Below, in pieces: positions 31,540-45,828 of a stretch of DNA of 64,000 nt (its first letter is position 1; each line of letters opens with the position of its first letter). Source of the stretch: Eledone cirrhosa (Eukaryota). The notes under the pieces were generated by a model. The model did no database searches, had not been told where the DNA came from, and saw only the letters and a program-made list of their open reading frames with translations. Both the position numbers and the translations under genes were made by a program. The DNA is taken from positions 39,246,001 through 39,310,000 of the forward strand of contig OZ024752.1 in NCBI GenBank assembly GCA_964016885.1, read 5' to 3'.

Positions 31540-32210
31540 AATCTACAGGTGCAATCTACAGATGCAAGCTCAGAGCAGGTCTTTTCACTTGGAGTATGTT
31601 CGCCACTCTCACCCACCTTTCAAAAAACTGGTTTAAAAGTAGCACTTCACTCTCCACCCTGATTTTCCTCATTAAGGGAAACCTGTAAAAGTAAATCAGG
31701 GCTTCACCAAAGAAGAAAGTGCTTGTCTTCAATCCTTTTAAATGCGTCCACCACATGACCTCAAATGTCATGGCCACCACACAGATAAAAACTGCCTGTC
31801 TTTCCTGGTTAAAGGAAGGCAGCAGGGTGATCTTGATGATGGACTCAGCTAATAACCGGATTCGTTCTACATGTAATAGAAGGTGTTTGGCATTAAACCA
31901 CAAATCACCAATACTTGCAGGATGGTTTCATCAGCTTGCGTGCATTTCAGAAAGGCCTGGCTGATGGCACTTCCATACCTGTAGATTTTATATAGAACTG
32001 GCATTGCTCCTCATTAGCACTGACAGGCCAAGGATTTCTGGAAGTTATTCATGGGCTCTGGATTGAAAGTCCTCCACAGAAGAATGATTTTTGAGAATGT
32101 CTAGAGTCTCCTGAAGAACATCACTGCTTTTATCCACCACTAACCCTTTATTGAATGCCAAGGATGAGTTTCCACTGATCATACTGTCAGATTAGCAAGG
32201 GGCTGTGTGC
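31540..32210 (-). mobile_element. Degenerate Tx1/L1-like LINE 3' fragment
   Basis: ORF 31556-31903 (LAESIIKI...ERQAVFICVVAM..EVMWWT.LKG...RVE.EVL...F.ERWV) parallels the element at 34965-35943. Confidence 0.7.
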
Positions 32211-32634
32211 ACTCGGAGACTTCTGGCTCTTCCCCAATCTAAAAACTATGTTTTTCTGTGTTCAATCAACATATTAGCCGTCCTCTCCTCTATTGGCAAC
32301 AGCATGTGTGGTCATACATTCTTTATATCTCTTCTATGTGGTTATATCTACTTCATGTTTAGCCCGTGTATATATATATATCTTCATCATATATTTCCCA
32401 TGTGTGTATGTATGCCACATTTTCATATATAGTTCCAAAAGCAAAAAATGGAATTAAGCAAGTAAGTTAACATTGAATGAATGAGGAAAGAAAGAAACAG
32501 ATAAAGAAAGCGAAGAAAGTGAGTGACATGCATTTTGATTTATGGAAACACTACTCAAAATAGCATTTGTGAAACTTGTAATATTTTTTTGCATATTCAT
32601 TTCTGTTATTATTTTGTTGTTGTTTCTGAAAGAT

Positions 32635-32937
32635 AACTGAAAGTTAATGCAGTGAGTCCTCATTTAATGAAAAATTGACTCAAACCTTATCTTTTAGAAA
32701 CAACAACCAATAGCTAACTGAAAGTTAATGCAGTGAGTCCTCATTTAACGAAAAATTGACTCAAACCTTATCTTTTAGAAACAACAACCAATAGCTAACT
32801 GAAAGTTAATGCAGTGAGTCCTCATTTAACGAAAAATTGACTCAAACCTTATCTTTTAGAAACAATAACCAATAACTAACTGAAACTTAATGCAGTGTGT
32901 CCTCATTCAACGAAAATTTGACTCAAACCTTAGCTTT
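32635..32937. repeat. 81-bp minisatellite, ~3.7 copies
   Basis: Unit starts (aactgaaa.ttaatgcagtg) at 32635, 32716, 32797 and 32878. Confidence 0.92.
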
Positions 32938-33299
32938 TGTTCATTGTTTCTAAAAAAAAAACTGAAATGTGATGCAGTAAGTCTTTATTCAACAAAATTT
33001 GACTTGACTTACATCCAACATTAATACAATTTAAAAGAGTACAGATCCCAATTAGACTAAGTTTTGCAATGTTCATCAACAAATCTTAGAGACAGACATT
33101 ATCAGTAACTAGTTTGCAATTAGAGGAGCTTTGCTTCTCTCATGAACAATTGTATGTTGGATGCTCATGTATTAGTAGTTCAAAAAATCTTTTAATTTAT
33201 ACTCCATTGGGAAAAACTCAATGTATATAAAGAAATTTGGTCATAATTTTCTTTTGTACGTTTTCTATTTCAAGTTTATTATTATTGTTAATCTGCTAT

Positions 33300-33625
33300 C
33301 TAGGGGAAGAGGGTGCTTGGAGAGCATAATAGCTAGAATAAGAATAGGATGGAAAAAGTTTAGAGAGCTACTCCCACTGTTGACAACAAAATGTTTCTCT
33401 CTATGTAAGATGCCTGTGTGCAAAGTGCAACACTGCATGGTAGTGAAACATGGGTTGTAACTGTGAAGGACATGCATAGACTGGAGAGAAATGAAGCAGC
33501 CATGCTTTGTTGGATGTGCTATGTAAATGTGAGAGAAAGGCAGAGCTTGGATGAGCTGAGTGAGAAGCTGGGTTTAAGATACATTGATAGTGGTTTGCAG
33601 GAAGATTGCAAAATGATGATGATGT
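33300..33625 (+). mobile_element. Degenerate RTE 3' fragment
   Basis: ARIRIGWKKFRELLPLL and LHGSETW...RLERNEAAML.WMC motifs. Confidence 0.8.
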
Positions 33626-33749
33626 AAAAGTTGGTAATATTAGAATCACTTTTCACATAAAATATTCAGAAAATATATCAAGTTTTGAATGAAATTTCAT
33701 TATTTTCTTTAACTTGGGTTATGCAGGGTACTTCTGCTATTTATATATA

Positions 33750-34530
33750 AACCTATATTCATGTGGTAAATATGTATTTAAAAACATACATATATATCAC
33801 ACAAATATATATTTGTAAACATATATATATTTCACATAAATATTCTAAATAAACCTAATGTGGTAAATATATATTTAGTAAGAAAGATTTACTTCACATA
33901 AACATATATTTCAGATAAAAACGAGATATTTAGAAACATAAACATATATTTCACATAAACATATATTTCATTTAAATATATAATGAGAAATATTCATATA
34001 TTTCACATAAACATATATTTTTCATAAATATATATTTAGTAGAAACATACATATATATTTCACAAACATATTTTACATAAATATATATTTAGAAACATAT
34101 ATATTTCACATAAATATATATTTAGAAACATACATATATATTTCACACAAACATATATTTCACATAAATATATATTTCACACAAACATATATTTCACATA
34201 AATATATATTTAGAAACATACATATATATTTCATATAAATATATATTTAGAAACATACATATATATTTCATATAAATATATATTTAGAAACATACATATA
34301 TATTTCACACAAATATATATTTCACATAAATATATATTTAGAAACATTCATATATATTTCACACAAACATATATTTCACATAAATATATATTGAGAAACA
34401 TACATATATATTTCATATAAATATATATTTAGAAACATACATATATATTTCACATAAACACATATTCATAAATATATAAGGACAAACATATATTTCAAAA
34501 AAATAAATATTTAGAAACATACATATAAAT
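33750..34530. repeat. Degenerate AT-rich minisatellite (~37-bp ttcacataaatatatatttagaaacatacatatatat)
   Basis: Directly visible. Confidence 0.85.
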
Positions 34531-34575
34531 ATACCTAAACTTTATGCATTATACAAATAAAAATAGAAAACTTAC

Positions 34576-34896
34576 ATTTTATCTGCATCTGGAGTTTCTT
34601 TGAAGTTTGATTAAATTCGTTTTTATTTGGAATATATACCTCACATTGTAGTTCCTTAAACTCCTTGCTGAGTGTTAATGTCAATGTTGAAGTCAAAGTA
34701 AACAGTTTCCCTTTTTTACTATATTTGTTAGAAATATATTTTGTAGGACGTTCTGTTCTCCCATTCTCGAATGTGATAATCCAAGAAGATAAAAATTTAG
34801 GGTTGATGTCTTTAACAAGACATTCATAAGTTTTGTTCTGATTTTCTACAGGTATCTTTTCAGAAGTTGCTCTTATTATCACCGATTTTGGCAAAA
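34576..34896 (-). CDS. Ig-superfamily receptor, Ig domain 3 (C1/C2-like)
   Basis: 321 nt, phase 1-1; VLPKSVII...ENQNKTYECLVKDINP...SW...LFTLTSTLTLTLSKEFKELQCEV...MQIK|gtaagt. Confidence 0.9.
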
Positions 34897-34964
34897 CTGA
34901 AATATATGTAATCAAAATTATATTCATATAGGTAGATAGGTAGGTAGGTATGTAGGAGTGTAGG

Positions 34965-35943
34965 AAAATATATTTCATTATTAGCCACAAGGGCGCACAA
35001 GAAAAGGGGACAATACAAAGACATGACAGGGATTTTACATACAGTCGTATAAAAAATATAAAAAAAACAATTACAACAATCGAAATCCCCAATAGGGGGG
35101 AGGCGCCACAAATGGGTTGTTTAATACCCTGTCGATAGAACAACCCTCAACTCCAGGAGCGTGTTGTGCAAGCACTCCTTTCTTCCTTTTGCTCTCTTCC
35201 TCAACCTCCAGGCTTATAAACAGAGAAGGCCCAATCACTCGGGCCATTTTCGCTTCATTCACCCACCTTTCAGTAAATTTACTGGGGTGCAGTGCCTCTC
35301 TCTCCACCCTGATTCTCCTTCTAAAGTGATACTTAAAGAAGGGAATCAATTGTTGTCCGGAGAGAAAGGCATCTGTTCTCAGTCCTCTCAATCTCGTCCA
35401 CCATATAACTTCTTTCACCATATAGCCACCGTACAGAGGAAAACCGCCTCTCTTTCGTTTTTGAAAGAGGCTGGCGGTTTGATCCTTACTATGGACTCGG
35501 CAGTCAACAGCAGTTGTTCTGCATAGTTCCACAGGTTGGTTATGCCCGGGCAATGTACACTTGCATGCAGGACTGTTTCAATGTCCTGCGCGCATCTTGG
35601 ACACGTCCTCTTGGAAGGATCTTTGCTGGGGCGTCCGTGCCTGTAGATCTTGTCACGAACCGGTAGAGCTCCTTGGTAGCACTGCCAGGCCAGGGACCTC
35701 TGGAAGTTGTCCATAGGTCCCGGGCGAAAAGTCCTACCAAACAGACTGGTGAGCTCATCGTCTTCGATACCCAGAGTCTCTCCAAGCACGTCGTCGCCCT
35801 TGTAACGTACAATCCCTCTATAGAACGTCGAAGTGGAGTCTCCATTGATTGCTGCGCCTGCTTGCCAGAGGACTGTGAGCGCCTGAGCGCATTCAATGTG
35901 CCAGGCGCCCATCGTTTTCGGTCTTTTCTTGACCCAGGACTGC
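34965..35943 (-). mobile_element. 5'-truncated Tx1/L1-like LINE (C-terminal CCHC zinc-knuckle region plus 3'UTR)
   Basis: AWQCYQGALPVRDKIYRHG...CPRCAQDIETVLHASVHCP...W, with a frameshift; flanked by duplicated gtaggagtgtagg. A related relic lies at about 57900-58130(+). Confidence 0.82.
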
Positions 35944-36883
35944 AGGTAGGTAGGTAGGAGTGTAGGTAGGTAGGTAGGTAGGTAGGTAGGTAGGTAGGTA
36001 TGTATGTATGTATGTAGAAAATGTACACATGCACAAACATACGCACATATGCACATACACACAAACACACACACACATACACACGCATAAACATACATAC
36101 ACACACATGCACAAACACACATAAACACTCAAGCACATACACACATACACACATGTGTGTGTACAGATGTAATCAAAATGATATCCATATAGGTAGGTAG
36201 AACAGTATGTATGTACATACCTAATCAAATACAATCAAAATTATATCCATATAGGTAGATAGGTAGGTCGTTAGGTATGTAGGTGGGTATGTAGATGGTA
36301 GTTAGGTAGGTAGGTAGGTATGTCTGTCAGGTTGCTCTTGAGTGTGACTGGTAACATGTAACCCAGTACAATCTGTCTCATGGTTGGGTTGTCGGCAACG
36401 AAACTGGCAACCCCATCAATCTTGGTAAGGAGGGTGATATTTGGACACCCTGCGGGATGAAATGCAAGACCTGGCAAAGGGCGGAGGGACCTCAGCAGAG
36501 TCAATAGCCATCCAAATAGTACTTTTTTTTTTATCACCTGGGAGTGAAAGGCCCCCAGGTGTTGTCACAACACCTTTCTAGGAGAGGGAAACTCTGGAAA
36601 AAAAAACCTGCGGCTTTAGAAGCATCTGATGATGTTGACCAGTTCTCCTTTTCGGGTAGTGTTTTCGATGCTCAGAGAGTGGGATTGGTCGAGTGCAAGG
36701 CCTTTCCCCACTTAAAAAACCTTCAAAGCTCAGGTATTGCTTGTTCAGGATATGTTCCAGGTTCGTGTGGCTGGCCGTTGCCTAAAAGTGCACCAAACAC
36801 CAAACTGACATACGATTGCAATACTCTTAGCAGAGTTTGCAGCCATCATGTATGTATGTAGAAATATACACACACACACATAT

Positions 36884-36922
<39 letters not shown>

Positions 36923-37594
36923 TACATACACACACACACGTGCGTACAGCAGAAAATGATGAAAATCCCTTCTACAGTAAAATGACTTTTCTGGTGGTTG
37001 GTATTCTTGTGTATGTATGTATGTGTGTGTGTAGATGTATATGTATGTGTGTGTATGTATGCACATATGTATGTATGTACATACGTATGTATGTATGTTT
37101 TCTCTTTCTCTTAATTTTGAGTATATTTTTTTTGACCGGCCACCTTCCTGGTGGCAAGGTTGTAAAAGAAAAGAAATTGTCATCCCTTGAATCGCAAGAA
37201 TGTTTTGCAAATTTTGAAGGTGCCAGCTATCGCAGCCATTTGTAGACTATGAATTAGGGAGCTGCGCTTTTTGTCCGCAAATCCATGTATGTATGTATGT
37301 ATGTATGTATGTATGTATGTATGTATGCATGTATGCATGTATGTATGTATGTATGTATGCATGCTTGTATGCATGTGTATACGTATCTATGTATGTATGT
37401 ATGTACATACGTATCTATGTATGTACATATGTATGTAAATATATATGTATGTATCTATGTATCTATGTATCTGTGTATGTATGTACGTATGCATGTGCGT
37501 ATGTATATATGCATGTGCGTACATACATATCTATGTATGTATATATGCATGTATGTATGTACATATGTATGTATATTTGTATGTATGTATGTAC

Positions 37595-37662
<68 letters not shown>

Positions 37663-37708
37663 CCTTATCGAGCCCTCTTTGGATTTTAGTCTTCAAATTT
37701 ATTATTAT

Positions 37709-37759
<51 letters not shown>

Positions 37760-37765
<6 letters not shown>

Positions 37766-38060
37766 AACAAAAGATGGTTAAAAGAGTTCCATGTATTTTA
37801 TTATGCGCATTTCAAAAACAAATATCATCATGCAATAATATTTGTGTTTTCATCAGATAAAACAGGAGGACATGATATGAAGGTTAAAAAACACTTGTGG
37901 ATAGTTCAGTTTTAAATCAACATAAGTGTTTTTTAACCTTCATATCATGTCCTACTGTTTTATCTGATGAAAACACAAATATTATTGCATGATGATATTT
38001 GTTTTTGAAATGCGCATAATAAAATACATGGAACTCTTTTAACCATCTTTTGTTCTTATA
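37760..38060. repeat. ~300-bp foldback element (135-bp arms), TA-flanked, MITE-like
   Basis: taagaacaaaagatggttaaaagagttcc... and ...ggaactcttttaaccatcttttgttctta are near-perfect reverse complements. Confidence 0.9.
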
Positions 38061-38149
38061 TATTATGTATACTCCAGTCCTACAAACTGTAGAGTGCTTC
38101 TTATCCGATATCTCCATTGCTTTATTGTACTACAATAAAACTCACCTCC

Positions 38150-38206
<57 letters not shown>

Positions 38207-38673
38207 GTATATATTCATGCGTGCATGTATGTATGTTTCTGTATGTATGTTGATGTTGTGTCCAGCCATGCTGTTTGTAGTAAATCCTTCTAAGGTAAAC
38301 TCACTATTTTGATGGCTATATCTACAATTTTAAATAAAGGTTAAATAAATTTTGAATGAATATCATAAGAAGAATACCCAATTATTTAACAAGGCTGTTA
38401 GTTGTGGTATTACTGTTGGGGATAGTATTGATCTTAAACTTAATGAATTGTCTCCAATGTTATATGTACAACTACCCCAATAAAAAGTGTCCTGCACATC
38501 CTGTAAAGTGGGAGTGCCAGTACCACGATCAAATACCCAGTACACTGTGTAGAGTACAGGGACATATGTAAAGCAGATATAATCTCACCCAATAGTTCAA
38601 TCTGTGTCTGCTGCTAAGTACTGACTTAGTCTGTGACAACCCATCCAACCTTTACTAGCAGGTAAAACAGTTG

Positions 38674-39136
38674 TTAACCCTTTAGTATTTATATTACTCT
38701 ATATTTACTGTGGAGGTGCCACGGCAAAAAAGCACCCAGCCCACACTGTAAAGTGGACATGTAGGTGCCACGATAAAGCACCCAGCACTCACTGTAAATG
38801 AGGTTGGTGTTAGGAAGGGCATCCAGCTGTAGAAATCAAGCCAGAATAAGTTCCTGTATGAGCAAGGCATGGTCAGCCGACCAGACACTGCCCACAACCG
38901 TCTAACCCATGCTAGCGTGGAAGAACGGACGTAAAACGGTGATGATGATGATGATTTACTATTATATTTTCATGGTCAAGGCTTTACCTCACATAATATT
39001 GAATCTACGTGATTTTGATATTATTTTGTGAACAATACCTTAAGATAAGTATGAACAGTCATCCATGGCCAGTATGAACAGAAAAAGGTGAGAGAATTCT
39101 GGCTAGATAGGGCTGGTTTGAATGCTAATGGGGTAA
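38674..39136 (+). mobile_element. piggyBac-type MITE interrupted by an RTE-tail/SINE fragment
   Basis: ttaa-ccctttagtattta left end; body matches 59111-59316; insert at about 38709-38954. Confidence 0.7.
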
Positions 39137-39374
39137 ATGAAGATGATGACCAATAATATATACAGAAGTCCCCAAAAATGTATACACACTTCAACAGCAT
39201 TCTAATAAAAGTGTGTATACATTTTTAATATCTATTATTATCTGCAGTGACTATGACCCTTAAAGTTACAATCAAGTTTAATCTTAAGCATATAGTATTT
39301 TATGAAAAGCTACATAAAAATATGGACACACGAGAACATGTGGTCAGTAAATAAATATCTTTTTTATATTATAA

Positions 39375-40195
39375 TAATAATAATGAAATGATTGTGTACA
39401 GTGCTCAGGTGCACTACAACTCATCAAAGGTGCATGTATAGTACATAGAATAATGTACAAATGTCAGGAAAATGAACAGTGTATGAGTCATGATATAATA
39501 ACAACAACAATAATAATAATGAAATATTGTGTACAGTGCCCAGGTGCACCACAACTCATCAAAAGTGCATGTACAGTACATAGGGCAATGCATAAACATC
39601 ATAAAATGAACAGTGCACGAGTCATGATACACACGTGTGCATGTGTATGGAAGGGGTACATCAGGTGTAGTTTTGGCGTATTTCGGGAAGCATGATTCTG
39701 ACGATTTCTCTACAAAGGAATTAAATGCTACCTCCTTCTATATTTGAATGAAACATATTTAATCAATTAAATAATGTATTGAACCTTGGTGATTATTATT
39801 TTTTCATTTATAATATACTCAGTGATTTTGTAATACTACACTGATAGGAAATTTACAAATTGAATTTAACTCTGAACTATTTTTTGCCAATCTTGTGGAC
39901 AAAATTACATTAGAGCTTTAAATATCTGACTGCCTTATGCAGTTGTATCATTAACTTATATAATCTACCTTATACACACACACACACACATACATATGTA
40001 TAATAATGATAATAATGAAATTATTGTGTACAGTGCTCAGGTGCACTACAACTCATCAAAGGTGCATGTATAGTACATAGAATAATGTACAAATGTCAGG
40101 AAATTGAACGGTGTATGAGTCATGATATACACGTGTGCTTGTGTATGGAGGGGGAATATTAGGTGTAGTGTTGGCGAATTTCAAGAAGCATGGAA
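39375..40195. repeat. Three local copies of a ~120-190-bp repeat (tgtgtacagtgctcaggtgcactacaactcatcaaa...)
   Basis: Copies at about 39375-39497, 39510-39700 and 40005-40195. Confidence 0.8.
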
Positions 40196-40249
40196 TTTTT
40201 AAAAGATGCAGTATGTATGTATATATTAGTAATATCAGTATAAGCAAAA

Positions 40250-41320
40250 GAAGGAACAAGAAACGCAAGAAAATCTGGAAGAGGAGAGTATGGAACCTAA
40301 AGGATCTCTCTTTTAGATATAGGTTCTGAAATGTCCTACATGATACATATGACAGAAAGAGTAGGAGTAAGGTATATATAACAGACGATAATTGGAAGTT
40401 TCTACAAGACAACCTATTACTGCCTACTGATGAAACATGTAGCTGGAACTCCAACAGAGGGTAACCTGGTGGTAGAACAGCATTGAGGAGAGAGCTGTTA
40501 AATCCTAGAGACAGGTGTGGAAAAACTGGAAAACTAGGGGCAACAAAAATCCATACCTGACAACTAAAAGAGAAGCTACCTGGTAGGTATATATAGGTAT
40601 ATATCAGGTATATAACCTTATATATACCTGATATATAAAGTTAAAGAAGCAATGAAGGAGTTGAAAAATGGTAAACCCACTGGACCATCAAAGATAGTTT
40701 CAGAAATTCTAAAATCTTGTTGGGGAGTCATACCTAATAACTAGTATAATCCTTAATTGTTACAAGGGAATGCATTAAAAAGTAGAAAAACTAAAGGGGC
40801 ATAAAGATAAGGGACCAAGTTATGAAAGTGAGAGAACGAGTCTTAGTACAATTGATTAGGGGAAGAGTTAAACTTGATGAGATGTAGTTTGGGTTTTATA
40901 ACAGGAAGGAACACCATAGATGCCTTCTTTTTAGTGAGACAACTACAAGAGAAGTTCCTAGCTAACTGTTAGCCTCAATATCCAGCTTTTGTTGATCTGG
41001 AGAAAGCATTTGACAGAGTAGGACAATCTGTCTTTTAATGGTCCTTAAGAAACTAGATGTAAAAGAATGGCTTGAAAGAACAGTGCTATCTGAGGAAGAG
41101 CTAGAGAAGAAATTCCGACTTTGGAAACTGGACTTAAAATAAAAAAATGCTTAGAGTAAACTTGTGATTAACAAAGAAATGAGTAATTAGAATAGATTAC
41201 AGGACCCTGATCCCATCAAAGAAGTAGCCTTGCTCAATATGTAGAAATGGAATAGGCAGAGACTCAATATGGTGAGCACAATGTAAATCTTGAGTACACA
41301 AAAGATGTAATATTACTGAA
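40250..41320 (+). mobile_element. Old, deleted RTE LINE relic
   Basis: Disrupted matches to copy 2 (KIWKRRVWNLKD, VRQLQEKFLA, FVDLEKAFDRV). Confidence 0.8.
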
Positions 41321-41404
41321 ACTCAGAGTGGAGATGGCAAAGGACTGCAATGAGGGGATGGATGTTATTCTAGAAAAGATTTATCAAATACATGCAAATA
41401 TAGA

Positions 41405-41685
41405 AAGTCTGTCTTAAGCCAGAAGGCTCATTTGGCCGGTGCTTATCCCGGTTTCATGGTGTGAAGCGACTGAGAATACAAGACTCCCCCCTGGACAGGA
41501 CGCCAGTCCATCGCAGGGTTAAACCTCCAGCTATTGCTGGTACTCATTTTCAGCTGAGTAAACTGGAGCAACGTGAAATAAAGTATCTTGTTCAAGGAAA
41601 CAACACATCACCCGGTCCGAGAATTGAACTCACAACCTTTCGATTGCAAGCCTACTGCTCTAACCACTAAGCCATGCGCCTTCAC
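41405..41685 (-). mobile_element. tRNA/CORE-head SINE with a different, non-RTE 3' body
   Basis: Same head as 4618-4957, but continues ccctgcgatggactggcgtcctgtccaggg...gaaaccgggataagcaccggcc. Confidence 0.75.
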
Positions 41686-41844
41686 AAATATAGAAAAGAG
41701 GACATAAAATGATGATGATGGGAGAGGGGGAGAATGATGATACATATTTGGTTTTATTCTTTGTGTTTCTTTTACTGGTTTCAGTTATTATACTTCAGCC
41801 AAGCTGGGATACGACATTTATATATATATGCGATAAGATTAGCA

Positions 41845-42425
41845 TGGGAGGGGGGTAGGTGTTCCGAGGCCATAGTATCTAGAATAAGGACGGGTTGGAA
41901 GAAGTTTAGGGAGCTGACGAAGAAGGGTTTCTCCCTGCGTACGAAAGGCCGGTTATATGATGCCTGTGTGAGGAGCCCGATGCTGCATGGTAGTGAGACA
42001 TGGGCAGCGACTGCGGAGGATATGTGACGATGGAGAGAAATGAGGCAAGCATGCTCCGTTGGATGTGCAGTGTAAATGTGCGTGAACGACCCAGCATGAG
42101 TGTGTTGAGAGAGAAACTGTGTCTGAGAGGGATAGAATGTAGTGTGCGAGAGAGGAGACTGTGGTGGTATGGACATGTGATGAGCATGGAGGATGACCGA
42201 TGGGTGAAGAAGTGCCAGGAATTGCCAGTTGAAGGAAGACCTGGCAGAGGTAGACCACGAAAAACATGGACGGAGGTGGTGAGAACAGACCTCAGATCAC
42301 TGAAGCTCACGGTGGAGATGATGAAGGACCGTGACAAGTGGACAGATGCTGTACTGAATAAGACCTGTCCCACCCTTGCAAGCAGGGAAAAGCGGACGTA
42401 AAATGATGATCATGTTGATGATGAT
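41845..42425 (+). mobile_element. RTE LINE 3' fragment
   Basis: SRIRTGWKKFREL...LHGSETW; ERRLWWYGHV...GRPRKTW; GAT tail. Confidence 0.88.
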
Positions 42426-42575
42426 GCGAATGAGGCAAGGTCTCCCAACCATTTCCGCATCAAATCGAACAAAACCGTCTAACCCATGCTAGCATGGAAG
42501 GAATGACGTTAAATGATGATATATATATACATATTCATATACACCCACATATATATATTTTTAAAATTAACTTAC

Positions 42576-42890
42576 CATATACTGTGATGTTGTACATGCT
42601 ACCATGTACATCAGATCTGCAAATAATACTCATATTGACTTCCTGTATAGTTATATTAATGATAGTCAATGTACAGATAGTATTTTGACAACTAATTATT
42701 TGACGGTTGCCAAAATAGTTATATTTGCCTTGGTCTTCAATCAATCCCAAATATATAGCAATAATTGATCCATCTCCAGTATACCAAAATGTAGTATCTC
42801 CCTTCTTTCTTACACATTTCAATGTGAAGTTTTTATCTTCTATAGCATTTGGTGTTTCAGAACTTGGGTAAAGATTCTTCCCAGTCTCAT
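42576..42890 (-). CDS. Ig-superfamily receptor, Ig domain 2 (V-like)
   Basis: 315 nt, phase 1-1; EDKNFTLKCVRK...FWY...CTLTIINITIQE...IICRS...NITVY|gtaagt. Confidence 0.88.
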
Positions 42891-44866
42891 CTAAAAACAC
42901 AAATTAAGACGAGATAAAATAAGAATTAATCCAAAATTTAAGAGAAATGTTAACACTAAATTGAAACAAGCCTAATAGTTCATATTCCATTTGTGTGAAG
43001 ACAGGCAGGGCTGTGCTCTTTAGCCCATGAAAGCAGGGAAAGCAGATGTAAAATGTTGATGATGATGATGATGATAGTGATGATGAGCATAGTATTAGGG
43101 GGAGTGGGGTGTTGAGTGGGGTGTTATATGGAATTGACTTAGATTTTTAGTTGTTTCTTATGTTACATCACCAGCAGCAGCACCACCACCACCACGACCC
43201 CCCATCATCATCATCATCATCATCACTACTACTACCACCAGCACCACCCACCCCAACTCCACCATCATAACTGCTGCCGCCGCCAACACCACCACCACCG
43301 CCACAACCATCGCCACCACCACCAACATCATCATCACCACCACCACAACCATTGCCACCACCACCAACATCATCATCATCATCACCACCATAACCATCCC
43401 CACCACCACAACCATCGCCACCACCACCAACATCATCACCACCACCACCACAACCATCATAACCACCACCACCACTGCCAACACCATCATCACCATCATC
43501 ATAAATAATACAAAAAATAAATTATATGCAGATATAAGATAAATCTAAATGTGCTAAACATGTCACAAAAGAGATTTTATGGAGGGAAGAGTAAATGGAA
43601 TGATTCTGAGCAAGAATCATTCCATATACAAAATTCAAGTTCAATTTATAATGTGTCACATTAATAGATTTAATAAATGATTTTAATGACAATATATAGA
43701 GGGCTGATAACTTATTAATATAACTGTTTCTTGTAAAAATATTATGCTCTTTACCAATATACAATAAAATTGTGGTGTTAGATAATAATCAAACTGTAAT
43801 ATCCTGTATCTGTGTGTAGACATACAAAATATATTGTAATACTTTATAAGATCTACAAAATCATTGTTGCTTTATAAGAGAAAGGCAACTTTCTAACAAT
43901 AGGAAGTTGAGGCAACAGTGTTAGTTTTTTTCAACATTGTTGCTGAAATTATGAGAAATAGCAGCCAAATCTCACCTTACTGATTTTCAGATCATTGTTT
44001 AAATCTAGTGACATGAAAATAATATATTAGATAAGGGTCATCTTAACTAAACTGTATTCCTTATAGGTTTGCTTGATTAAGGATGACTTAGGAATACATA
44101 ACAACAAATAGGGAGAGGGAAAACAGATTTTATCAAAGAACAAATGAATAATTGAGTAGTTTCTACTGTGTTTTCGGATGAACCAATTAACTTCAACTGT
44201 AAACATTATTTTTAGCTGTTTTACTTTTTTTACATCTAAAATTGAGTTTATGCATTGAATTCTTCAAATCCAGAATTATTCAAAAATAATGTACCTGGTG
44301 ACAATCAAAACTTTAACCTATTTATATTCTAAAGATGAGTTTGATATTGGTTTCTGCTTTAGGCACAAGGTAGAGCTGCTACTTCTCCAGATTGAGAGAT
44401 CACAGCTCTGATACTATGGGCATATGGTTAGAATGTCTCAGGGAAGAATTGGTGAGCAAGATGGTTGGATACCACCCATGAATTCGGTTGGTCTCATTTA
44501 GGGATCCAGCTGCATTAGTTAGGAATGGTTGCTTCTGAGGGGATGTGCTGGAAGGAGTGTTTGAGGACATTGGCCCCACGAGCATCCAATAATGAAGAAG
44601 AAGCAGAAGGAGGTGGAGGTGGAGGAGAAGGAGAAGAAGGAGAAATATATATATATATGTGTGTGTGTGTGTATGTGTTGATTTTTGACAGCTATGGTAT
44701 AAATGTCTGTAATTTCAAGCTATCTATATTGTCAGGATATTTGTTAGGGAAAAAATGTGAAATGTGTTATATAAACATTATTTATTTCAATATTCTAAAG
44801 AAATATTATTTGAAAGATGAAAACACAAATATAAATAAATATAAATAATTATCATTTAGTACTTAC

Positions 44867-45130
44867 TAAATAATGGAACTGCTGTAACATTCATGACCGA
44901 AGTATTGGTGAAACATATAATGGGTACGTCTATATCGGAAAGAAGGGTGAAGTGTAAAATATTTGGTTTACTGGCCTCCACACTAGCAGTAAAATACTCA
45001 TGTACAATAGGCGTCCAATTAAACCTATTAGTTGCCACATGTCTTAACCTCCAGGATGTAATTGTCCCTGGATCATCAACAGGACATTGGAAAATTCGTT
45101 TATGATTTACCCTGACAAATTTCCTAGGAA
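44867..45130 (-). CDS. Ig-superfamily receptor, divergent Ig domain 1
   Basis: Strong T12-cag acceptor and gtaagt donor; 264 nt, phase 1-1; FPRKFVRVNHKRIFQCP...TSWR...PIICFTNT (C-W-C pattern). Confidence 0.82.
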
Positions 45131-45828
45131 CTGAAAAAAAAAAAAATGTATATATATATTCAATTGTTTATGTTCTTTAATTTTTCTAATTGAAGAGGAA
45201 CAATTTGAAATAAATTAAAATATTATGGATAACACAGAATTGATTGAAAAATAAATGTTTTATGTATATTTTAAAGCTAAATACAGATATAGTTATTGAG
45301 GACTAATGGAATGGAATAAAGTATGAATGTCAGGTTGAAGTCCTGCCAATATTTCACAATGGATGTCAAAAATATCACCTTGGTGTGAAAGACTAAAAAA
45401 CAATAATGACATCTACTGATAATAGGGAACAATGTTTGCAAAATAAATGGAAACATCAGCCCGAAAGCAGACATTCGAATATTAAAGGACATACGACTGC
45501 TGAACTGGGCATACCATAAGATGATCATCCTGGTGACATAAGAAAAAAGCACCCAGTCCAACCTGTAACATGGATGTGCTGGTGACACCAAAAAAGTATC
45601 CAGTCTGCCCTGTAAGATGGTTGTGCTGGTGACACCAAAAAGGTATCCAGTCTGCCCTGTAAGATGGTTGTGCTGGTGACATGACGAAAAGGCACCAAGT
45701 CCACCCTGTTAGATGACCTTTCCGGTGCCTCATTAAAAGCACCCAGTCCACACTGTAATGGGTTTGGCATTAGAAAGATCATCCAGATGAAGAAACCAAA
45801 CCAAAATACAAATACAAGACATGGTCAC

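Noticed and set aside
38363-38545. Possible extra Ig exon (YWVFD...YWGSCTY)
   Set aside because: Resembles a degenerate SINE/RTE tail, lacks Ig Cys spacing, and has no suitable donor before the stop.
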